From the human T2T-CHM13v2.0 reference genome, Homo sapiens: 64,000 nucleotides of DNA. Of this stretch, positions 30,001-41,947 are shown piece by piece (position 1 is the first letter of the stretch; every line of letters starts with the position of its first letter). The notes under the pieces are model-generated. The model had not been told where the DNA came from and did not search any database. It saw only the letters and a program-made list of their open reading frames with translations. Both the position numbers and the translations under genes were made by a program. Where the stretch lies: assembly GCF_009914755.1 (NCBI RefSeq), contig NC_060946.1. One strand, 5' to 3'.

Positions 30001-30611
30001 AGGAATGAAGTGGGTTAGAATGGGGTGGAGTGGAATGGAATGGACTGGAGAGGAAAGGAATGGAATGGAGTGGAATGGAATATAGTGGAGTGGAATGGAA
30101 TGTATTGGAATGGAATGGAGTCGAGTGGAGTGGACTGGTGTGGAATGGGATGGAATCTATTGGATTTGAGTGGAATGGACTGGAGTAGAATGGAATGGAC
30201 TGGAGTGGAATGGAATGGAGTTGAATGGAATGGAATGGAGTGGAATGGAATTGAGTGGAATGGAAAAGAATGGAATTGAGTGGAATGGAATGGAGTGGAA
30301 TGCAATGGATTGGAATGGAATGGAGTGCAGTGGAATGGACTGGAGTGGAATGGAATGGAATGGAATGGAATCCAGTGGAATGGAGTGTAGTGGAATGGAA
30401 TGTTGTGGAATGGAATGGAGTGGAATGTAATGGAGTGGAATGGAATGGATTGGAGTGCAGTGGAATGGAATGGAGTGGAATGTAATGGAATGGATTAGAT
30501 TCGAGTGGAGTCGAGTAGAGTGGAGTGGAGTTGAGTGGACTGGATTGCAATGGAATGGAATGCAATGGATTGGAATGAAGTGGAGCAGAGTGGAGTGGAG
30601 TGGAGTGGATT
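1..30611 (+). repeat. Diverged Human Satellite 3 (HSat3/SatIII)-type array, (GGAAT)n with abundant GGAGT variant pentamers
   Basis: Continuous GGAAT/GGAGT pentamers on the + strand with no strand switch. CpG-containing HSat2-type units are sparse. Ends at ...ggagtggatt|acttacag. Confidence 0.97.
28122..28184 (+). mobile_element. Alu 3'-end fragment embedded in the satellite
   Basis: gtgagctgacattgtgcactgcactcctgcttggcagagagagtgagatcctgtcgaaagaaa aligns to the Alu right-arm end GTGAGCCGAGATCGCGCCACTGCACTCCAGCCTGGGCGACAGAGCGAGACTCCGTCTCAAAA. Confidence 0.85.
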
Positions 30612-33204
30612 ACTTACAGTTATTATCCAGACAGTGGCTGTTTTTCATTTATTATCCAGATTCACCTCCGTGAGAACCATTACGAAAGAGGCTGAAATTT
30701 CAGCTAGTAGTTCACAGGTTGAATTTGAATAACTTTACCATAAAGAGAAATATTAACTTCGGGATTGGATTATGCTGTTAATCTGACTGCTCTTAGGAGT
30801 CCTTAAAAATAAATCAATATTATATATGGCCTGCCTTTATAGATATTTTTTGCATTTATACCTACCTGGGCCTAGCATCAATTAAAACGAAGGACAGAGT
30901 CTCCTAGAAACAGGGGCCAATTTTACCATAAGTGACTATTTTTTTCTGAATTTTTTTGGACTCTCAGATTGCTAGTAACCACAGGCAACTTATGTGAGTT
31001 TGAGCAATAGTTGTTTTAAGGACAGAGGCACTTTATGAAACCCAAGAACATAAATGCAGCTGGACCTCAGGAGAGGTCTGCAGCTAGGAGGGGAAAAGTT
31101 GTCAGGAGCCTTGGTAGGGCCTTCTCTCTATCTCTTACTGCTACTTCTCTCTGATTGTTGCTTATATTATTTCCCCTCTACAGAATATGCAACTGCAGGT
31201 AGAAGATCCCCCTTTTCCAACCACCCCCCAACACATACGCACACCCTGCTCCAGATGACTAAAGTTTGCCTTATCTTCATATAAGGAAACAGCCTGAATT
31301 AATTGGAAGTTTTTCAATCCAAATTCCAAATCCTAAAAGAGATGATCTGATGGACCTGATTGGCTCAGTATGGTCAAGGGTTTATCCCTGGTTCAACCAA
31401 CTGCAGCGGGGGAGGTAGGGTCCTCTGTTCCAGAGTAGGCTATTGAGCAAGAATTCTTCATTGCACACCTCCAGGGGCACTACTCATATTTTGTTGTGTG
31501 TGCATGATACCCAGTGGAGTTGTGCAATGGGAAGTCCTACTGTTGTCTGGAGATAGTTCTCAGGTAAAGGGGACTATTGTCACCTATAGTCAAAAGGCGT
31601 TTACTGTATCTAATTGTAGTTGCTAGAAAGGCAACCCTTTCCTCCATACAACTCCCTCCCACTTAACAGACCTTAGCAGCCATGTTTCCTCTACTTAGGG
31701 CCTGAAATTCTGCCAACCTGTGAGACCTAAATGACCTGTCTCCTTCTTTACAGTTCTGTATCTTTGTGTCTGAGATGAGCATCTAGTGACAGAAGAGACA
31801 GTGGATCTTCCATGTTTCCCTTCCTGAAGCCACTCTGATGACTTTCAAGGCATCTGTGTGAGACTTCTTCCCTCTTCCTCTTCATTTAGAGAGAAGCATT
31901 CCAAGTGAGTGATCTACTGAGGGGCTGTCTTCTAGAATTTCAGGATTTTCTTACCTCCATCACCATAAGCAGCCCCAAACTCAGCCTCCACTGAGAAGAG
32001 ACAGTTTTCACTGCAAAAATAAGCCACATGTGGCCTCTCCAAAACACACAGCTCTGCTGGATGTTAACAAGCATTACACACTTTCAATTTATTTTCTTTG
32101 TTTCAGAACTTTTTTATGCAGGTTTATGAACAGTAGATGTGGAGATCAATTTAGCCCTAATTCTGCCTTATTTTACTTGGCCATTCTGGGGACCAAGTCT
32201 TGACTCAAGTGGCTACAGTTAAGATAGCAAATCTTTGAAAAGCTGAGCTGCTTTTGTTTGGTGCTTGGCATCTGGTGCATGTAGAATGGCTTGGATCTGA
32301 TATTTCCTTTCCCTCCAAAGTAAGAACACATCTCTTGAAAAGGTTTGATACAGTCCTGCCAAAGAAGGAACCAGGAAACTCAAGCCAGCTTGGAGTTTCA
32401 TGAGCCATGGAAAACTGGCTAAATTCACCATGAAAATAATTTGGAAACATGAAGAGAGTACAGAGCAGCCTCTTTCTAGCCCAGTTTTTCATTCTAGTCT
32501 CAGGAATACTATGATTAATGCATATTTGCTGAAATATGACAATTTAAATGTTATTAATTCATAAGACCCTAGATCAGAATTGTGATCATCTGAACAAATA
32601 TCATGAAGTTGAACTTTGAAAAATAATGTTTGTAGTGGAATTAATGATACAAACAAATGGCCTGAGACTGAACTCTTAAGTGATCAACAAGTTAACTTGC
32701 ATATGAATGTGCACATTATAAATGATGCTGTGCTTATGTAAACTAAGTCTAAAGTGTCAAAAAAGCAATTACATTTAGAGCATTCCATAATATAGAATTT
32801 CATTAATTTGAACAGTTGTCCCATCCCCTAGTCTGAATTAGTGAGGCTTACTTGTACATAAAATAAAGGGAAGAAGTTTTAGTCTCAGCCTCCAAATCCA
32901 GTTCACTCTGGTGCTTTCAAGCCCCTGAAAGTTTCCACATGTGCACAAGTAGCCGACCTTCACAAAACTCAAAACTGTTAGTTTAGATTCAGTGAATCAG
33001 CTATGGTTCTTAGTTCCCTTCAGTCAGTCCTACATTCTTCCCGCTTTCCAAAGTTTCTTTTATTTTTCTATTACATGTATTTTAAACGGGTTTCTCTGTT
33101 TGTTTGATTTTCTGTTTTTAAAGGTTACATTTGGAAAGTCTCATACACAAACATTAATAAAGGTGATAGAGAAAAGATTTAATGGCATGCAACATGAGAG
33201 TGTT

Positions 33205-33620
33205 AATTAGCATGAGAATGCTTGCTATGTGCCAAGAAAGCTGTGTTCAATGCCAGTGATAAAAAGATGAATATGGTCCCAGAAAAAACACACATGAGAT
33301 TGTAGAAGATTGTAATGAAACAAACAAAAAAGAAAGCAAGATTTTAGTACTGGGGAGCATGAAGATGGAAGTCGAGGAAGGTTCAGTGAGGAAGTAACAA
33401 TTGAGCTGTGTCCTCAAGATTGAGTAGGAGTTGTTTAGGGTGGGAGGATCAGAAAGGTAGTCTCATTAAGGAGTACCAAAATCTTGGTGTATCGGAGGCT
33501 CATCAAGGGACTCAGAGCTTGGAGCAGAAGTTGCCAGGAGAAATGGCAGATGTGGCTTTCCATGGAGGAGGGCCTTCTATGCCATTGTAAGGAATTAGGG
33601 TTTTATCTTGAAGCCAGTGG
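33205..33620 (-). mobile_element. L2 LINE fragment (approximate edges)
   Basis: L2-like motifs: tgctatgtgccaag...gataaaaagatgaatatggtccc, and gccattgtaaggaattagggttttatcttgaag. Confidence 0.5.
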
Positions 33621-35966
33621 TTTGTAGGTTTCATTGTTTGGTTTTGATCAACATGCTTCCTTTTCAATGAAAAATTCAAGCCTTCAAGTGTAAAAGAGAT
33701 GGATGCAGAGCAGATTCTTAGAAGTTGAAAGACGGAGCCTGGGATTCAATCTTCTCAGCCCCTCAGGCTCCCCACAGAAGGCCATCTGAAAGCCAAACTA
33801 GAAGGAAATGGGGCCATACTGTGAGCATAGAAGTGGTCCAGTGCTGTGTGTTTCTGTTTCTGAAAGGTCAACCTGTCAGCACTGTGGAGTTGGGAACAAA
33901 GACAGACAGGAAACAGGGAGACCCACTGGGGCCTGATGTTAGGGCCTGAAGAAAGCATCTCACCATGGACACGGGCAGGAGGTGCTTCTAAAGGGAAGCA
34001 TACATTGGAGTTGATCCCAAGTTTTCTTCCAGATGGTGGGAGGAAGGCAGTGAGTGATATGGTAGCTTCCAAATTCGTTTAACAACAAGAATGTGGCTAT
34101 TAGATTCTGAGTAGTTTCATTCTAATACAAGACTCTGCAACCAAGTTTGAAATGTGCTGAATTCTCATGAAGAAAGGAGATGCCATGATTAGAGAAGTCA
34201 TTTTTAAGATCTTTCCTGTTTTGGGATTTGGGAAGTTTTCTCAGAGGCAAGTTTGATACTGAATGAGACCTAACAGTTGTTTTAAATATATCCCTCGACC
34301 CTCGGTTTCATTCCTGATGTTTAATCAGTAATTAGTGGGAGACAAAACTCTACTACTGTCAACCAAATTTGAACTACCTCTTTTGCTGCAAATGTTTCTT
34401 GAGGCATACATAAAAATTATAAATTACCATCCTTTAAAAAAATCTGAAAAACTTCAAAATACAGCCTATTACATAGAAGATGTGTTGGCAGTTTGGGTCT
34501 TACAGCCTCCAAAATAAAGATCTCTGATGGAAAACATTACTTAATTTTTGTCGGTGAACTCTTGGAATTCATATTTGCAAGGGAGTAAGATGATTTGATT
34601 TCCAGAAACAAGGGTGTGGCTACTCTTGTCTCCCACTTCTCATGAAGTTCACCCTTTGCGTTAGACCAAGAAAAATGGGAGCATGAAGCAGCTTTGTTTC
34701 TTCCTTAGAAGGAGCAAGTTTGAAGCCATAAAGACTCTATTTTCGCACTCAGGAACTAACCGCTAGCTGTTTTCTAGCTAGCTGGAGTGAGCACCAGCAC
34801 TGGGGTATCCTAGCATGAACAAGAATGCTATTTTGGTCTGTTGTAAAGCATTGTGGAATGCAGATTTTAGATCATTTCATCACATCTACCAGCAACCACA
34901 AAACAAACGTTATTTCAGAATGAAGACTATGGATGTAGAAATACTAAGAGCTAAATAAAAGAAGATTATAGAGACATTTTTATAGTTTAATGAATATGCT
35001 CACTACCAAAGCTTTGCTTTAAAAAAAAACAAATACTTATACGCAGTGTTGGGTGTTTACACAGTTTGATAAAGGCCAGGGGTAGAGGAGGCATTGAAGA
35101 ATTCCACTGCTTCTCTCATTGAACCAAAGTGAGAGGGGGAGCACAGAACAGTCTATTACGAGTAATACCAAACCATCTTTCCTAAAAAAAAAAAAGTAAA
35201 AATAAGGATCCTGTTTATCCAGAAGAACTCACCTAGAGAATTCAGTAATTTCAAGATAATTAGATTTCTTCCAGAGAGCTGAATGCAGGTTTCAGTTTTC
35301 TCTGGAGAATATGGCCATTTTCAGAGACAATTAAAATGCTTGTAAGTGTGGCAACACAGTCCCTGGAGAGGAAGGGGGCTTCATAACATGACCCAAGTGG
35401 CAGCTGATGCTGCTCCTCTGACCCAGAATACCCTGTGTGTGTGCAGACACTTAATGTTTGTGTCTTTCTCTGGACTATGAGTAGGAAATTTTAGTCAAGA
35501 CTCTCTAGAGTACTTTCTATTCATGAAATTAAGTGCTTGAAGTATTCTATGATTTATACTAGGCATTAAACTTTACTTCCATTCACAGTCCCATTAGTTT
35601 TAATGAGTTAAGGACTTTGCTTTACTCATTTGTTTAAAGTAAACAAATAGAAATACTCCAATGGCAAAGGATGTTGGACTAAATTCCCCTGGTCCTGGTG
35701 TATTCCTCCCATCTGGTACCCTCCTGCCTGAAATATCATGATTGAAGATTTATTCCTTTAGCTTAAATATTGTCGTCTCTCTTTTAATTTTAATCTAAAT
35801 CTGCATTAATTTTAATTTGAATCTGGGAGGAAAGGCACATTAAATCCCTTGTGTGAACTAGTTAATCCTTTAAAAAAATAGAAAGTCTGAAAAAAAAAAG
35901 AATTGGTAAGGATGTAGAGGAATAGCCACTCCTGTACAGCAACTCCTACTTTTTTAAACAGTTTGG

Positions 35967-36262
35967 GGCCAGGTGCAGCGGCTCTCACTTGTAATCCCAG
36001 TACTTTGGGAGGCCTAGGTGGGAGGATCACTTGAGCCCAGGAGTTTGAGAACAACCTGGGAAACATAGTAAGACCCCATCTCTACAAAAAGAAAAGTAAA
36101 GAAAAATTAGCCAGGTGTGATGAAGAACACCTGTAGTCCCTGCTACTCAGGAGGCTGAGGTAGCAGGATCACTGGAGCCCAGGAGTTTAAGGATGCAGTG
36201 AGCTCTGGCTGTGCCACTGCACTTCAACCTAGGTGACAGAGTAAGAACTTGTTTCAAAAAAA
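35967..36262 (+). mobile_element. AluJ, full length
   Basis: Dimeric Alu with J-type ggaggatcacttgagcccaggag in both arms. Degenerate TSD aaacagtttg/aaactgtttg. Confidence 0.92.
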
Positions 36263-36274
36263 CTGTTTGAGAAA

Positions 36275-37445
36275 TTCCAATTCTAGCCTAGATGGAGTAA
36301 TAGGGCCTGAAATTACCTGCCTGAAACAACCTAACAAAATTCTGATAAATAATATGAAATTATATTTTTCAAGACAAGGAGCATCACATAACGAAGGACA
36401 GAGATCCCTGAGGGCTGAGAAACAAACAAGGTGAGCCTTACAATTATTCTAGCAATTGCCTTGAAAGAGTTTCCAGGTGTATTAGTCAATTTTCACACTA
36501 CTATAAAGAATACCTGAGACTGGATAATTTATAATAAAAGAGGCTAAATTGACTCAGTTCTGCACGGTTGGGAAGGCCTCAGGAAACTTACAATCATGGC
36601 AAAAGGTGAAGGGGAAGCAGGGCAAGACTTACATGGTGGCAGGAGAGAGAGCATGCAGGGAGAAGTGCCAGATACTTATCAAACAACCAGATCTCCTGAG
36701 AACCCACTCACTCACGAGAACAGCATGGGGGAAACCACACCCATGATCCAATCGCCTCCCACCAGGTCCCTCCCTCGAAATGTGGGGATTACAATTCAAA
36801 TTACAATTCAAGATGAGATTTGGGTTGGGGACACCGCCATACTCTATCACCAAGCAACATCACAGGGAGGGGTAGCCCAGGAAGAGCCTAACAGACTACC
36901 TGAATTGAGGAGATAGATTTGGTAGTCTGAGGAGACTTGAGCTGATAGGACAGGGTCTTGGAGAGAGAGCTGCATGAGGGAGAACCATGGGGATCTCTAG
37001 ATGGGCCCTTTCAAGTCGACAGAGTACTGACCAGCACCTGCGTGTGGAAAGACTACTCAAAGCCAGCTGGGGAAAATCTATCTGAAAGGATTAGAAGGAA
37101 CCTACTCACACTCACACCAGGCTGATAGTAATGCCTACTTCTACCAGCCAGACTGGAAATCTTCACAATTCACAGGATACTGAGTAGATTATTCAGAAGG
37201 GTCTTCCCTCCACAATGGGAAATAATTATCTCTAGACTACATTTTTCTGGCCCTGTCTAACAGATCTTTAAAGCAAGACTTGAAAGGATCAAAATTTTTT
37301 TAAACAACTCAACTGTGTCCCAGAACAAAGCCCAGGAATATTTATGGGGAATAAAAAAATATCCAGCACCAAGCAAGATAAACTCACAATGTCTGGCATC
37401 CAATCAAAGTATACCAGTTATGCAAAGCAGCAGGAAAATACCAGA
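36275..37445 (+). mobile_element. Old L1M (L1MC/L1MD-like) 5' region interrupted by an MST LTR
   Basis: Starts ttccaattctagcctagatggagtaatagggcctgaaattacctgcctgaaacaac, resembling L1M 5' ends. Resumes after 36850. Subfamily uncertain. Confidence 0.6.
36478..36849 (-). mobile_element. MaLR MST-family solo LTR (MSTA-like)
   Basis: tgtattagtc...ggaaacttacaatcatggc...gatgagatttggg...tatca. 5-bp TSD ccagg/ccaag. Confidence 0.9.
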
Positions 37446-37977
37446 GGAGGAGAAACACACAACACCTCTTGATGTGAAGAGTGTTGAAGAATTTGATAAC
37501 ATGTTTAAAACCACTGGAAACTCATCAGTGACAACATTGCTAGTAATGTAGAACTTAATATGATACATGATTCATCAGATTATATACCAAAACCCAATTA
37601 TTTCTTTCCTATGGATTCTAAACTTTGTTTTTCCTTTTATTCAGGGAGGAAAGTGATTTTTGTTCTTGTGGATGATTGCAGAGATGACCACACATCTTGC
37701 AGCCCTGTCCCTCTACCCTAATAATGGGGAATCTTCATTTCCATGTTAGATTTGTGGACCCAGCATGGTTTTTATTTTGGATTGCCTTGTTCAGAAGTTG
37801 TAATTGTACAAGTATGTTAGGGCCCACCTTGTTGACCCTGGTAGCACGATTTAGGCTTACAACAACTCAAAATGCTATGTTGGGTCTTTGCATTTAAAGA
37901 CAACAGAAACGAGGCCCCTGTTCTTAGGAGCTCACCATCCTTCTCGGCAACCCTAGCAGGTTCCCTGTTGTTTTAAA

Positions 37978-38680
37978 CTGTACCTGGAATTTTGATATTA
38001 TTCAGGTATAGTGATACCAAAATATCAGGAGACAATGGCCATTAAAAAGATAGTTTGTAACTTACAGCTCCCAAGAAGGTCATGCCATGTCACAGTGGTC
38101 CACACGGGGAAGCACCAGCGTTGGTCAGGAGGCAGAAGGATCCAGGAGAAAACATAGGCAAAACCTTGCTTGTGGTTTTCATGGAAAGAAAACCAGCCAA
38201 ACTGGAAATCTTCACAATTCACAGGGCCTGGGTAGATTATTCAGAAATCTTACCTCCACAGTGGGGAGTATAATTATCTCTAGACTACATTTCTCTGGCC
38301 CTGCCTAACAAATCTTTAAAACAAGACTTTAAAGAATGGAAAGAATGAATGAAGCAAGGTACGCAGCTGAGCAGGCTTAGGGGATTTGAATAATCTCTGC
38401 AAGCTCTAGCCTATCTGAGTGGCTCCTTGTTGTGTCGTCCCTGGCCCTGGGATGCTTAAGGCAGAGGAATATTGCCCTCTTGGAATGTAAGAGCCAGGTA
38501 AAGGGGCAGGTGTGAGTATAGACTCAGGATTGGTCGGCTTGCACATCAAAGACATGCTCCAAGGCAAATGTTTACTATCTCTAGGAATTTGTTAACCCTG
38601 GGAGGTCAGTCTCTCCGTGGTCAGTTGAACCCCAAATGTCAGAGCATCAGAAATACAGAAAATAAGAAAATATAGTCAAA
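37978..38680 (-). mobile_element. ERVL-class LTR (MER74/MER73/MER88-like), interrupted at 38192-38334
   Basis: Right end tttactatctctaggaatt...ccctgggagg...ccccaaatgtcagagcatcagaaatacagaaaataagaaaatatagtcaa resembles the reverse complement of the start of these LTRs. Family and left edge approximate. Confidence 0.55.
38192..38334 (+). repeat. Dispersed local copy of 37143-37286
   Basis: accagcca(g/a)actggaaatcttcacaattcacagg...aattatctctagactacattt...caagactt is shared. Flanked by atggaaagaa at 38181-38190 and 38336-38345. Confidence 0.92.
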
Positions 38681-38902
38681 AAGAGTTACTTCACTAATAC
38701 GAACCTCAGTGAGGTCACCTGTGGATTCAGGCCTGTTTGGGTGCATTTGGTGGATTGCAAGAGGCAGTGTCTCAGAGCAGCTCTGCTTACATGGAAGAGT
38801 GAAAGGACCACCTGAGACTAAAAAGGTCGAAAAGTAAAGACAGCTGTGGTCTACCACCTTGTTTAAGAAGAGTATGGGCCTATTAGAAGGGAGCAGTAAT
38901 TT

Positions 38903-39024
38903 GAAATAAAGCTTGAATCCAGCCTAGTCTCCAGCCTGGGCCTTAGAGCTACTGGGAAAGCTGGAAATACAGCTCAAATCTGGCCTAGTCTCCAGCCTAG
39001 GCCCTACAGCAACTGGGAAAGTTG
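38903..39024. repeat. 61-bp tandem duplication (2 diverged copies)
   Basis: gaaata..gcctagtctccagcct.ggcc.ta.agc.actgggaaag starts at 38903 and 38964. Confidence 0.85.
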
Positions 39025-39324
39025 TTTCTCCATTAACTCCCATAAGATACAAAGAAGCTGAGGCATCAGCATCACCAATGGCAGCTACTGCAGAGGAACT
39101 TGCAGGTCCCACCACCTCAGCTCAGCCACCAGCACGTCATCAGTGCTTCGCACTGACATTGCAATGACAGCAGACAACAGCAATGATGCCCTTGCTAAGT
39201 AGGAGCAGCTGAGGTAATGACATTAATGGGCACCAAGGGACAGAACTGACGCTTTTCTTCCTAAGCAATGACCAGAGGCATTGCCACAGCAAAAGGAGGG
39301 AAAAAAAGGCCACTACTGTGACAC

Positions 39325-39708
39325 TTCCAATTCTGGCCAAGATGGAGTAATAGGGACTGAAATTACCTGCCTGAAACAACCTAAAAAAATCTGATAAATT
39401 AGATGAAACTATTTTTCAAGACAGGGAACATCGGATAATGAAGGATAGATCCCTGAGGAATGAGAAACAAGATGAGCCTTACAATTATTCTAGCAATTGC
39501 ATTGAAAGAGTTTCCAAGGGTATTAGTCCATTTTCACGCTGCTGTAAAGAATAGCTGAGACTGAATAATTTATAATCAAAAGAGGTTTAATTGACTCAGT
39601 TCTGCATGGAAGGCCTCAGGAAACTTACAATCATGGCAGAAGGCAAAGGGGAAGCAGATCACGTCTTACATGGTGGCAGGAGAGACAGTGTGCAGGGGGA
39701 AGTGCCAG
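39325..39708 (+). repeat. Dispersed local copy of 36275-36671 (L1M 5' end plus part of the MST LTR)
   Basis: Colinear with the donor, including the L1/MST junction. Flanked by a 27-28-bp direct repeat at 39294-39321 and 39707-39733. Confidence 0.93.
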
Positions 39709-41096
39709 GAGGAAAAAAAGGACACTACTGTGAGAACTTCTTCTCAGAGTTCAGGTGAGACATCTGGGACACCCGGAATTCTTTTCAAAGAATCTGAGGG
39801 CAGGTAGACTTCACCCAGAGCAGATGGTGGGAATACCAGGACAGGCCTGTCCCACAGCTGGTATCATTACCCTGTTCTCACATCCATGTCTGGGAAGCCT
39901 GAGCACCTCCTTGGTTTTCCACGTAGAGCTCCAGGATATATCCTTGAGGATTGCTGTTTTCCACTCAGGAATTTATTTGGGGGTTATCATTTTGATGATA
40001 ATCTTTAAGAAAGTTAGATCTCTACTCACCATCTGGATGATCACATCATCATGAAATACCACTACATAATTCAGTGCTTGCATTTGTAATTCTGTTTCTG
40101 TTTGGGCTTGCATCAAAGAGAGGATAAAGACATAGCATAGATAAAGACATAGCATACTGCTAGAATGTAGATTTTGCAGTAGAAAAAGGAGTGGGAGAAT
40201 TGAGCTAGTCAATGCCCGTGATGATAGAGGCATGCTGAACTAGTGCTGAGCTGTGAGTAGTGTATTCATGTATGTGGTGAACAGATACGTTACCCAGACC
40301 GCCTTGTTGTTCAGACCAGCTTGCAGTGAGGAGGAAATACACAATGGAAAATGTTCTGTTTCTGATTCACACCATAGTTAGTTACATTAGATTCCCATAA
40401 AGTGCAGGTTTCAAAAATTCCTCCAATGTAGCTTCATCTTTGAATATGTAAGGCAGCCTTATAAGGTCAGCAAATGGCAAATCAACAAAATTCGCATTTG
40501 AGGCTTGTTTACTGACAGAACTTTTTAAAATTGAATTTGAGTTCGCTTATCCTGAACTAGAAAACAAAACTTTTGAATTTTGCAATTTCTCATAGTATAA
40601 TTGTCCTAAGACATACTCACTACAGTAGCTTTCTGAGGTCAAAATTCAGGAACAGAATTAAATGTAGAACTGGAGTCAAGCCTCCTACTTCTACTCCTAA
40701 ACCTCATTTTGGTCATTTTGCTTATCAAAATAACATCTTCAGTCCCATTAAATTGCTATTATTAATTAAATAGTGTGCTTTTGTAAGTCTATATTAACTT
40801 TGAATTGTTTTGGTTCTATGGTTGTATAAGAAATAAAGGACTTTATACCTAGATTTATAGTTGTATACATTTCAGTAATATCATAATAAAATATAGCATT
40901 GAGAATCTGTAAGAATTTTTCCTTTTTATAAAAGGTCTATTTGCTTCTTAATTTTGAGAAATCCTTGATTCGCAAAATGAAGCACCACATATTCCACTAC
41001 ATATTGACCTAGATTTCTGCTATTGTTCAACAGCATAAATTACCTCAACACAATTGAAATTTATCCCCAGACTTCTTTAACCTGTAATTAAATCTT

Positions 41097-41363
<267 letters not shown>

Positions 41364-41589
41364 TGAGGCATGCCTTCTTTTACTGGGCACCTGACTGTTG
41401 TAAGTTCTGGGATGCCTGGAGCTGGCATGTTCTTGTTAGTTATTGCCCCCAGCCACAGTTGTTCCCAGAGCACTGGTGGATCCCATTATGAGGACTGGCC
41501 TGTTTTTCAAGTGTCCAAAGCTCAGTTAAGACAAGGCCCTGGAGTTTAACTGAAAAAACAAGGATAGTCCAAGAACAACAGAGAGTAAC

Positions 41590-41947
41590 TGATATATTTT
41601 GGCTCTGCGTCCCTACCCAAATCTCATGTCATGTTGTGATTCCCAATATTGGAGGAGGGGCCTGGTGGGAGGTGATTGGATCATGGGGGTGGTTTCTAAT
41701 GGTTTGGCACCATTCCCCTAGTGCTGTCCTGTGATAGGTTCTCATGAGACCTATCATGAAATAGGCACGTCATGTAGACGTGCCTGCTTCCCCTTCGCCT
41801 TCTGCCATGATTCTATGTTTCCTGAAGCCTCCCCAGAAGCAGAAGCCAGGATAGCCCGCAGAACTGTGAGTGGATTAAACCTCTTTTCTTTCTAAATTAC
41901 CCAGTCTGAGGTATGCCTTTACAGCAGTGGGAGAATGGACTAATACA
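41590..41947 (+). mobile_element. MaLR MSTB-like solo LTR with internal deletion
   Basis: tgatatattttggctctg...cccaaatctcatg...gagaatggactaataca. Perfect 5-bp TSD gtaac on both sides. Confidence 0.9.

Noticed and set aside
1-30611. CRISPR-like or telomeric array
   Set aside because: No repeat-spacer structure and no TTAGGG units. This is a primate pentameric satellite.
53-30732. Hundreds of ORFs (MEWNG/HSIPF repeats, up to 540 aa)
   Set aside because: Translation artefacts: GGAAT/GGAGT pentamers lack stop codons and supply ATG/GTG. All frames give the same low-complexity peptides.
36275-39708. The two L1M/MST copies as paired LTRs of a provirus
   Set aside because: The repeat is an L1-plus-partial-LTR chimera without TG...CA ends. 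The interval has no primer-binding site or internal ERV sequence.
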